A stretch of 64,000 nucleotides of DNA from Nemertoderma westbladi (taxonomy: Eukaryota > Animalia > Xenacoelomorpha). Positions within the stretch are counted from its first letter, which is position 1. Each line of letters begins with the position of its first letter. Under the pieces are notes generated by a model. The model did not search any database. It had not been told where the DNA came from and saw only the letters and a program-made list of their open reading frames with translations. The stretch spans positions 62,001 through 126,000 of the forward strand of contig JAUCBJ010006329.1 in assembly GCA_032718475.1 (NCBI GenBank). The letters run 5' to 3'. A program made the position numbers and the translations under genes. This document shows, piece after piece, positions 13,901-24,504 of this stretch.

Positions 13901-16900
13901 TCGAAGGATATTTTGATTAATTATTGCTGAAAAACACCAAGGATTTTAACATGGCTTTAATACTTCATTATGTTCATGAAAAAACTGAGATATTTGAGGT
14001 GAATTATTGCATTACATAATAACTTTAACTGCAGCCACATTAGCAATACGATGAAACTATAATAAATATTCTAGAACACAACAATATTAACAGGGAGATA
14101 GGCTACTTATCTCTCCACTCTTAGAGCCTCAAAAAGGGCGTGTTCCGATGCTATCAAAATTCATCCATCTCCTGGGGAAAGACGAAGCAAAGAACAGCTG
14201 ATTACTTCTATAAATGAAAGTGTTACCTGCTCCTTTGACTTTCATTTAAGATTCTTTATCTTTTGGAGTGGGTTAGAAGTCATGAATATGAAAAACGATG
14301 TCGTTTTTTGTAAAAAATCTGAGGATATTTTGATAAATTATTGCTGAAAAACCCCAAGGATTTTGACATGGCTTTAATACTTCATTATGTTCATGAAAAA
14401 ACTGAGATATTTGAGGTGAATTATTGCATTACATAATAACTTTAACTCCAGCCACTTTAGCAATACGATGAAACTATACTAAATATTCTAGAACACAACA
14501 ATATTAACATGGAGATAGGCTATTTATCTCTCCACTCAGGCAGCCACAGATAGGGAGGGGTGTTTTGACACAATCAAAATTCAACCATCTCCAGGGGAAA
14601 GACGAAGCAAATAACAGCTGATTACTTCTATAAATGTAAGTGTTACCTGTTCTTTTGACTTTCATTTAAGATTCGCTATCTCATAGAGTGGGTTAGAAGT
14701 TATAAATATGAAAATCGATGTGGTTTTTGAAAAAAATCAGAGGATATTTTGATAAATTATTGCTGAAAAACCCCAAGTATTTTGACATGGCTTTAATACT
14801 CATTATATTCATGAAATAGCTGAGATATTTGAGGTGAATTATTGCGTTACATATTAACTTTGGCTCCAGCCGCTTTGGCAATACGATGAAACTATAATAA
14901 AAATTCTAGACCACAACAATATTAACAGTGAGATAGGCTACTTATCTCTTCAATCTGAGAGCCTCAAAAAGGGGGTGTTCCGACGCAATCAAAATTCATC
15001 CATCTCCTGGGGAAAGACGAAGCAAATAACAGCTGATTACTTCTATAAAGGAAAGTGTTACCTGTTCTTATGACTTTCGTTTAAGATTCTCTATCTCGTG
15101 GAGTGGATTATAAGTTATAAATATGAAAATCGATGTGGTTTTTTAAAAAAATCAGAGGATATTTTGATAAATTATTGCTGAAAAACCCCAAGGATTTTGA
15201 CATGGCTTTAATACTCATTATATTCATGAAATAGCTGAGATATTTGAGGTGAATTATTGCATTACATATTAACTTTGGCTCCAGCCGCTTTGGCAATACG
15301 ATGAAACTATAATAAATATTCTAGAACACAACAATATTAACAGGGAGATAGGCTACTTATCTCTCCACTCTGAGAGCCTCAAAAAGGGGGTGTTCCGACG
15401 CAATCAAAATTCATCCATCTCCAGGGGAAAGACGAAGCAAATAATAGCTGATTACTTCTATAAATGTAAGTGTTACCTGTTCTTTTGACTTTCATTTGAG
15501 ATTGTTTATCTTGTGGAGTGGGTTAGAAATCATGAATTTGAAAATCGATGTCGTTTTTTGTAAAGAATCTGAGGATATTTTGATAAATTATTGCTGAAAA
15601 ACCCCATGGATTTTGACATGGCTTTAATACTCATTATATTCATGAACAAACTGAGATATTTGAAGTGAATTATTGCATTACATAATAACTTTAGCTCCAG
15701 CCGCTTTGGCAATACGATGAAACTGTAATAAATATTCTAGACCACAACAATATTAACAGGGAGATAGGCTACTTATCTCTTCATTCTGAGAGCCTCAAAA
15801 AGGGGGTGTTCCGACACAATCAAAGTTCATCCATCTCCTGGGGAAAGACGAAGCAAATAACAGCTGATTAATTCTATAAATGTAAGTGTTACCTGTTTTT
15901 TGACTTTCGTTTAAGATTCTTTATCTTGTGGACTGGGATAGAAGTCGTGAATATGAAAATCGTTGTCGTTTTTTGAAAAAAATCAGAGGATATTTTGATT
16001 AATTATTGCTGAAAAACACCAAGGATTTTGACATGGCTTTAATACTTCATTATGTTCATGAAAAAACTGAGATATTTGAGGTGAATTATTGCATTACATA
16101 ATAACTTTAACTCCAGCCACTTTAGCAATATGATGAAACTATAATAAATATTCTAGAACACAACAATATTAACAGGGAGATAGGCTACTTATCTCTCCAC
16201 TCTGAGAGCCTCAAAAAGGGCGTGTTCCGACGCTATCAAAATTCATCCATCTCCTGGGGAAAGACGAAGCAAAGAACAGCTGATTACTTCTATAAATGAA
16301 AGTATTACCTGCTCCTTTGACTTTCATTTAAGATTCTTTATCTTTTGGAGTGGGTTAGAAGTCATGAATATGAAAAACGATGTCGTTTTTTGTAAAAAAT
16401 CTGAGGATATTTTGATAAATTATTGCTGAAAAACCCCAAGGATTTTGACATGGCTTTAATACTTCATTATGTTCATGAAAAAACTGAGATATTTGAGGTG
16501 AATTATTGCATTACATAATAACTTTAACTCCAGCCACTTTAGCAATACGATGAAACTATACTAAATATTCTAGAACACAACAATATTAACATGGAGATAG
16601 GCTATTTATCTCTCCACTCAGGCAGCCACAGATAGGGAGGGGTGTTTTGACACAATCAAAATTCAACCATCTCCAGGGGAAAGACGATGCAAATAACAGC
16701 TGATTACTTCTATAAATGTAAGTGTTACCTGTTCTTTTGACTTTCATTTAAGATTCGCTATCTCATAGAGTGGGTTAGAAGTTATAAATATGAAAATCGA
16801 TGTCGTTTTTTGAAAAAAATCAGAGGACATTTTGATTAATTATTGCTGAAAAACACCAAGGATTTTGACATGGCTTTAATACTTCATTATGTTCATGAAA

Positions 16901-19194
16901 AAACTGAGATATTTGAGGTGAATTATTGCATTACATAATAACTTTAACTCCAGCCACTTTAGCAATACGATGAAACTATAATAAATATTCTAGAACACAA
17001 CAATATTAACAGGGAGATAGGCTACTTATCTCTTCACTCTGAGAGCCTCAAAAAGGGCGTGTTCCGACGCTATCAAAATTCATCCATCTCCAGGGGAAAG
17101 ACGAAGCAAAGAACAGCTGATTACTTCTATAAATGTAAGTGTTACCTGTTCTTTTGACTTTCATTTAAGATTCGCTATCTCATTGAGTGGGTTAGAAGTT
17201 ATAAATATAAAAATCGATGTGGTTTTTGAAAAAAATCGAAGGATATTTTGATTAATTATTGCTGAAAAACACCAAGGATTTTAACATGGCTTTAATACTT
17301 CATTATGTTCATGAAAAAACTGAGATATTTGAGGTGAATTATTGCATTACATAATAACTTTAACTGCAGCCACATTAGCAATACGATGAAACTATAATAA
17401 ATATTCTAGAACACAACAATATTAACAGGGAGATAGGCTACTTATCTCTCCACTCTTAGAGCCTCAAAAAGGGCGTGTTCCGACGCTATCAAAATTCATC
17501 CATCTCCTGGGGAAAGACGAAGCAAAGAACAGCTGATTACTTCTATAAATGAAAGTGTTACCTGCTCCTTTGACTTTCATTTAAGATTCTTTATCTTTTG
17601 GAGTGGGTTAGAAGTCATGAATATGAAAAACGATGTCGTTTTTTGTAAAAAATCTGAGGATATTTTGATAAATTATTGCTGAAAAACCCCAAGGATTTTG
17701 ACATGGCTTTAATACTCATTATATTCATGAAAAAACTGAGATATTTGAGGTGAATTATTGCATTACATATTAACTTTGGCTCCAGCCGCTTTGGCAATAC
17801 GATGAAACTATAATAAATATTCTAGAACACAACAATATTAACAGGGAGATAGGCTACTTATCTCTCCACTCTGAGAGCCTCAAAAAGGGGGTGTTCCGAC
17901 GCAATCAAAATTCATCCATCTCCAGGGGAAAGACGAAGCAAATAATAGCTGATTACTTCTATAAATGTAAGTGTTACCTGTTCTTTTGACTTTCATTTAA
18001 GATTGTTTATCTTGTGGAGTGGGTTAGAAATCATGAATTTGAAAATCGATGTCGTTTTTTGTAAAGAATCTGAGGATATTTTGATAAATTATTGCTGAAA
18101 AACCCCATGGATTTTGACATGGCTTTAATACTCATTATATTCATGAACAAACTGAGATATTTGAAGTGAATTATTGCATTACATAATAACTTTAGCTCCA
18201 GCCGCTTTGGCAATACGATGAAACTGTAATAAATATTCTAGACCACAACAATATTAACAGGGAGATAGGCTACTTATCTCTTCATTCTGAGAGCCTCAAA
18301 AAGGGGGTGTTCCGACGCAATCAAAGTTCATCCATCTCCTGGGGAAAGACGAAGCAAATAACAGCTTATTAATTCTATAAATGTAAGTGTTACCTGTTTT
18401 TTGACTTTTGTTTAAGATTCTCTATCTCGTGGAGTGGATTAGAAGTTATAAATATGAAAATCGATGTGGTTTTTTAAAAAAATCAGAGGATATTTTGATA
18501 AATTATTGCTGAAAAACCCCAAGGATTTTGACATGGCTTTAATACTTCATTATGTTCATGAAAAAACTGAGATATTTGAGGTGAATTATTGCATTACATA
18601 ATAACTTTAACTCCAGCCACTTTAGCAATACGATGAAACTATAATAAATATTCTAGAACACAACAATATTAACATGGAGATAGGCTATTTATCTCTCCAC
18701 TCAGACAGCCACAGATAGGGAATGGTGTTTTGACACAATCAAAATTCAAACATCTCCAGGGGAAGACGAAGCAATTAATAGCTGATAACTTCTATAAATG
18801 TAAGTGTTACCCTTTTTTTGACCTTTGTTTAAGATTCTTTATCTTGTTGACTGGGTTAGAAGTCATGAATATGAAAATCGATGTCGTTTTTTGTAAAAAA
18901 TCAGAGGAGATTTTGATAAATTATGGCAGAAAAACACCAAGGATTTTGTCATGGCTTTAATACTTCATTATGTTCATGAAAAAACTGAGATATTTGAGGT
19001 GAGTTATTGTATTACATATTAACTTCAGCTCCAGCCGCTTTGGTAATACGATTAAACTATAATAAATATTCTAGAACGCAACAATATTAACAGGGAGATA
19101 GGCTACTTATCTCTCCACTCTGAGAGCCTCAAAAAGGGTGTGTTCCGACGCAATCAAAGTTCATCCATCTCCTGGGGAAAGACGAAGCAAATAA
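1982..19194. repeat. ~416-bp tandem satellite (array segment 2), including 368-bp deletion monomers
   Basis: Monomer starts at 2341 and 2757 (416 bp apart) and at 8933 and 9301 (368 bp apart); repeated ORF artefacts are spaced 415-416 bp. Confidence 0.98.
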
Positions 19195-19571
19195 GGGCAA
19201 TTCCATGGAAAATGCACCTGAGAGTCATTTTTTGAAGTTTGTCTTTTTGAGAAAATTTTTGGTGCATTTTGTAGCTTAAACATTCTACTTTATCGACAAT
19301 ACAGCCAAAAATCTGTAATTCCAATGCTGAATCTGCAATAGCTCAGAGAAAACGCGACTAAAATTCATGTAAAATTTGTCCATGTATCCTCAAAAATGTC
19401 TTAGAACACATTTGAGTATATTTTATTACAGTTTAATATTTTCGTGTGAATTTTTTTTATGTGTTTTTTCACGTTTTCTTCTACCCACAGAGACCTAATA
19501 TTGGATGTTTAAGTTTCAGTTTGAGCTATCTACGACCCTTCAAACAATACAGATTTTTACAAAATGTATAT

Positions 19572-19799
19572 GTTACGACCGTGACAAAAACGCCGAATTG
19601 TTTGCATTACTCTAAGAGTTTTAACAACTATTGGCGGGAAATTTAAACCATGTTACTTTGATATATTCGCTATTGCATAAAGGAAATCACCTACTGCTGC
19701 AGTGTAAACTTTTGTCGTGATTGATCATTCTTTTTGGTTACGCCCCGTGACATTCCTTGTCACGAGCGTAACGCAATGAAAATCGGTTACGACCGTGAC
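19572..19799. promoter_or_regulatory. Left subterminal cluster of GTTACGNNCGTGAC motifs (putative transposase binding sites)
   Basis: Copies at 19572, 19737 (one extra nt), 19759 (inverted, GTCACGAGCGTAAC) and 19786; the same motif occurs four times near the right end. Confidence 0.65.
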
Positions 19800-20601
19800 A
19801 TATGGTTAGGATTTATATATAGACCTACCTGCAGTACTTTCTTGTTATTACTGGTGCACTCATAGTCGGTAGTCAGTCATTTAATAGGTAAGTAGGTAAG
19901 GTACCGGTAGGTCAATTACTCGGCTCGTAACTGCTTTAACATTTACAGAATGTTTTGTATTAACTAATAGCGTTAATAAATTATGCAGTATGAATCCCAG
20001 AATGACAGGCGCTGCGAGACAGAAAAAGTACAGGGAATCAAACAAAGCTTACCAGCAGAGAGAAAGGGTACGTAATGAAAAACGACGGAAAGAAATATCA
20101 AGTACAATGATGGAACGAAACAGGGTCACTTCGCGTATACGGATGCAGGCATTTAGAAAGAGAAAGAGAGATACGGAGCTGCAAAAATTAGAAATGCAAA
20201 GATTAGAAACTCCTGTCAATGGAAGCTACAAAAATAGCAGAACACTTGGAAAAGCAGTTTCTCGAACTCGTGATTCCCTTCCTTCATCACCCAGAAAGCG
20301 GACAGCTGTCGTTAGTAAACTTGCCATGTTGTTTGGTATAAATAATACAGCTAAATTACAAGACAGTTCCATTACTACCAGGAGTAGTAAGATAAATGAA
20401 GACAAGATAGAAAACTTTTATAGACGTGACGATGTAAGTCGTCAAGCCCCTGGAATGAAAGATGTTAAAACTATTTGGAAAAATGGCATCAAAGAGAAAT
20501 ATCAAAAAAGATATTTAGAGCACAAACTGCAAGAGGTAGGTATTATTAGATTTCTATTTTAACTATATTTAGCAAGAATATACAGTATAGTGTTAAATTT
20601 C

Positions 20602-20800
20602 TACGGAAGCCCATAACGGCCATGTCGCGCGCAAACTCTCATGTCGCGCGCGCAAACTTTCATGTCGCGCGGGCAAACTTTCATGTCGCGCGCGCAAACT
20701 TCCATGTCGAGCGCGCAAATATTTCTACACGGAAATGGCATAAAGTTTGCGCGCTTGACATGGAAGTTTGCGCGCGACATGGCCGTTATGGGCTTCCGTA
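20602..20800. mobile_element. 199-bp MITE, IS3EU-like (TAC...GTA termini, 6-bp TSD)
   Basis: ~36-bp TIR TACGGAAGCCCATAACGGCCATGTCGCGCGCAAACT; TSD AATTTC at 20596-20601 and 20801-20806; empty site GTTAAATTTCTGAA in the second intron copy (~23303-23316); internal ~21-bp CATGTCGCGCGCGCAAACTTT repeats. Confidence 0.85.
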
Positions 20801-21184
20801 AATTTCTGAATTATTGTAGGTCCTAACTTAATCCTCTGGCATTTTTTCTTTTTACTACTGAACGTAATTTTCGCGGGGGGGGGGGGGGGGGGGGGGTGGG
20901 GCATTTTATAAATTTTTCGTTTTAAATTCATTATCTTGGCTGAAAAAATTATAAAATTATTGGAAAATTTATGTGTTATACCTAATTAATTAATATATGG
21001 CGAATCGAATTGTCGCAATTTTGAAACCTTGCAGTGAATTGGGATGTCATTTCTTGTCAATTGAAAATGTTCAGCACTTTTAAGAAAATTGAAATTTTTC
21101 ATATTTCACTCATTTTTAAAAATATTAGTAAGAAAAAGCGGGTTTTTCAAATAAAGGACTATTATTCGATAAAAAAAAGTAATG

Positions 21185-21387
21185 CGGATAACACCGGTTT
21201 TTTTCACTCATTTTCAATTAAGCGAAATTCAACTATTCTACCCGAGTGGTTGAGTTATACACGAGTTGGCAAGTTTTTAGAAAGTTTCTAGAAGTTTCTA
21301 GAATGCCAACGAGTGGAAAACTCAACACACGAGGGCAGAATATCTGAATTTCGCTGAAGAAAATGAGTGGAAAAGGGGTGTATTCCG
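21185..21387. repeat. ~200-bp imperfect palindrome in intron (copy 1)
   Basis: Arms CACTCATTTTC..GCGAAATTCA..GTTGAGTT..GAGTTGGCA mirror TGCCAACGAG..AACTCAAC..TGAATTTCGC..GAAAATGAGTG around a TTTCTAGAA centre. Confidence 0.75.
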
Positions 21388-21490
21388 TTACGTTTTTATA
21401 TCGAATATATTGTTTTATTTGAAAAAAATACCATAAAAATTATCACTCTTTATGTTCATGTATAATATAAGTATATTTTAACAAATTTTA

Positions 21491-21690
21491 AAATTAGTGA
21501 AAAAAAATTAAAAAATTAGTGAAAAAAGTCTTTTTCACTAATTTTCAGAAACATTGGTGAAAAAAAGTTTTTTTTTCACTAATTTTCTGAAAAATTGGTG
21601 AAAAAGTCTTTTTTTCACTAATTTTCAAAAAAATTAGTGAAAAAAAGTCTTTTTTTTCACAAATTTTCTGGAAATTAGTGAAAAAAAGTT
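21491..21690. repeat. AT-rich minisatellite of self-complementary ~40-bp units (copy 1)
   Basis: Repeated AAATTAGTGAAAAAAAGTCTTTTTTCACTAATTTT. Confidence 0.8.
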
Positions 21691-21758
21691 AGTTTAATTC
21701 ACTCATTTTTAAAAATATTATTGAGAAAAAGCAGTTTTTTCAAATAAAATTATTTACT

Positions 21759-21907
21759 TATTACATGGGAAAAAAAGTATAACTTTTTTCACTATTCTCG
21801 AGGTATTTTATTTACCGAGCGCCAGCGAGGTTAATAAAGGGAAAGGAAAGGGAAAGGTTAATAAAGAATATTGAAAAAAATTGTTCTACTTTTTTTCCCA
21901 TGTAATA
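21759..21907. mobile_element. Small TIR-bounded MITE-like element in intron (copy 1)
   Basis: TATTACATGGGAAAAAAAGTA ... TACTTTTTTTCCCATGTAATA inverted ends; internal CCGAGCGCCAGCGAGG; a diverged relative lies at 26979-27114. Confidence 0.6.
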
Positions 21908-22708
21908 CGTAATTTTATTCTTAAATATCGGTAGATACTCAGATTATCTCATACTATATCCTGCCATTTTCCTTAGGTTTATGATATGTATCGCGAAGAA
22001 TTTCCAGGTGAAGAGGTTGGATTTAGTAAGTTTGCTAGTTTACGACCGGAAGAAGTATTGCTATCGGCTAACATACCTTTAGATGTTTGCTTATGTCAAA
22101 TTCATGAAAACTTTTTAAGTTTGGTGGCAGTATTGATACCAGACTGCCCCTATAATCGTGAATGGGTTACTAGGAATGTAATTTGTTCAACTCCTACTGA
22201 AAAGTGTTTCGAAAGCACTTGTGAAAAATGTTGTGGAAGAAAGAAACTGGAAGAAAAATTGAAGGGAGATCCGGATGAAACAGTATCGTATCTTGTTTGG
22301 GAACGAGTTGGTAATCGTGTTAGTAAATTTGAAAAGTCCGGAACGCCTATTGGCGGGAAATTTAAACCATGTTACTTTGATATATTCGCTATTGCATAAA
22401 GGAAATCACCTACTGCTGCAGTGTAAACTTTTGTCGTGATTGATCATTCTTTTTGGTTACGCCCCGTGACATTCCTTGTCACGAGCGTAACGCAATGAAA
22501 ATCGGTTACGACCGTGACATATGGTTAGGATTTATATATAGACCTACCTGCAGTACTTTCTTGTTATTACTGGTGCACTCATAGTCGGTAGTCAGTCATT
22601 TAATAGGTAAGTAGGTAAGGTACCGGTAGGTCAATTACTCGGCTCGTAACTGCTTTAACATTTACAGAATGTTTTGTATTAACTAATAGCGTTAATAAAT
22701 TATGCAGT

Positions 22709-23251
22709 ATGAATCCCAGAATGACAGGCGCTGCGAGACAGAAAAAGTACAGGGAATCAAACAAAGCTTACCAGCAGAGAGAAAGGGTACGTAATGAAAA
22801 ACGACGGAAAGAAATATCAAGTACAATGGTGGAACGAAACAGGGTCACTTCGCGTATACGGATGCAGGCATTTAGAAAGAGAAGAGGTACGGAGCTGCAA
22901 AAATTAGAAATGCAAAGATTAGAAACTCCTGTCAATGGAAGCTACAAAAATAGCAGAACACTTGGAAAAGCAGTTTCTCGAACTCGTGATTCCCTTCCTT
23001 CATCACCCAGAAAGCGGACAGCTGTCGTTAGTAAACTTGCCATGTTGTTTGGTATAAATAATACAGCTAAATTACAAGACAGTTCCATTACTACCAGGAG
23101 TAGTAAGATAAATGAAGACAAGATAGAAAACTTTTATAGACGTGACGATGTAAGTCGTCAAGCCCCTGGAATGAAAGATGTTAAAACTATTTGGAAAAAT
23201 GGCATCAAAGAGAAATATCAAAAAAGATATTTAGAGCACAAACTGCAAGAG
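22709..23251 (+). CDS. Sola2-type transposase, coding exon 1 (181 codons; basic Arg/Lys-rich helical N-terminus)
   Basis: ORF from ATG 22709; motifs LPSSPRKR, FYRRDDVSRQAPGMKD, YQKRYL; phase-0 donor GAG|GTAGGT at 23251/23252. Confidence 0.85.
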
Positions 23252-23712
23252 GTAGGTATTATTAGATTTCTATTTTAACTATATTTAGCAAGAATATATA
23301 GTGTTAAATTTCTGAATTATTGTAGGTCCTAACTTAACCCTCTGGCATTTTTTCTTTTTACTACTGAACGTAATTTTCGCGGGGGGGGGGGGGGGGGGGG
23401 CATTTTATAAATTTTTCGTTTTAAATTCATTATCTTGGCTGAAAAAATTATAAAATTATTGGAAAATTTATGTGTTATACCTAATTAATTAATATATGGC
23501 GAATCGAATTGTCGCAATTTTGAAACCTTGCAGTGAATTGGGATGTCATTTTTTGTCAATTGAAAATGTTCAGCACTTTTAAGAAAATTGAAATTTTTCA
23601 TATTTCACTATATTTTTTTTTCTTAGTTTAATTCACTCATTTTTAAAAATATTAGTGAGAAAAAGCGGTTTTTTCAAATAAAGGACTATTATTCAATAAA
23701 AAAAAAGTAATG

Positions 23713-23915
23713 CGGAAAACACCGGTTTTTTTCACTCATTTTCAATTTAGCGAAATTCAACTATTCTACCCGAGTGGTTGAGTTTTACACGAGTTGGCAA
23801 GTTTTTAGAAAGTTTCTAGAAGTTTCTAGAATGCCAACGAGTGGAAAACTCAACACACGAGGGCAGAATATCTGAATTTCGCTGAAGAAAATGAGTGGAA
23901 AAGGGGTGTTTTCCG
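23713..23915. repeat. ~200-bp imperfect palindrome in intron (copy 2)
   Basis: CGGAAAACACC ... GGTGTTTTCCG ends with the same mirrored arms as 21185-21387. Confidence 0.75.
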
Positions 23916-24017
23916 TTACGTTTTTATATCGAATATATTGTTTTATTTGAAAAAAATACCATAAAAATTATCACTCTTTATGTTTACGTATAATATAAGT
24001 ATATTTTAACAAATTTT

Positions 24018-24217
24018 AAAATTAGTGAAAAAAATTAAAAAATTAGTGAAAAAAAGTCTTTTTCACTAATTTTCAGAAAAATTGGTGAAAAAAAGTTTTT
24101 TTTTCACTAATTTTCTGAAAAATTGGTGAAAAAGTCTTTTTTTCACTAATTTTCAAAAAAATTAGTGAAAAAAAGTCTTTTTTTTCACAAATTTTCTGGA
24201 AATTAGTGAAAAAAAGT
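24018..24217. repeat. AT-rich minisatellite of self-complementary units (copy 2)
   Basis: Repeated AAATTAGTGAAAAAAAGTCTTTTTCACTAATTTT. Confidence 0.8.
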
Positions 24218-24286
24218 TAGTTTAATTCACTCATTTTTAAAAATATTAGTGAGAAAAAGCGGTTTTTTCAAATAAAATTATTTACT

Positions 24287-24435
24287 TATTACATGGGAAA
24301 AAAAGTATAACTTTTTTCACTATTCTCGAGGTATTTTATTTACCGAGCGCCAGCGAGGTTAATAAAGGGAAAGGAAAGGGAAAGGTTAATAAAGAATATT
24401 GAAAAAAATTGTTCTACTTTTTTTCCCATGTAATA
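24287..24435. mobile_element. Small TIR-bounded MITE-like element in intron (copy 2)
   Basis: TATTACATGGGAAAAAAAGTA / TACTTTTTTTCCCATGTAATA 21-bp inverted ends. Confidence 0.6.
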
Positions 24436-24504
24436 CGTAATTTTATTCTTAAATATCGGTAGATACTCAGATTATCTCATACTATATCCTGCCATTTTCC
24501 TTAG

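Larger units (their letters stand above)
19990..22399 (+). pseudogene. Truncated transposase copy: predicted exons 19990-20535 + 21977-22399 (~322 aa), N-terminal basic region and Cys/His cluster only, no catalytic domain
   Basis: Donor GAG|GTAGGT at 20535/20536 and acceptor TTTTCCTTAG|G at 21976/21977 join in frame (LQE-VYDMYREEF). After FEKSGT the frame reads through the duplication junction to a stop at 22399. Confidence 0.8.

Noticed and set aside
20641-21291. ORFs 20641-20826, 20725-20931 and 21034-21291
   Set aside because: They are translations of MITE repeats, the poly-G tract and AT-rich intron sequence.
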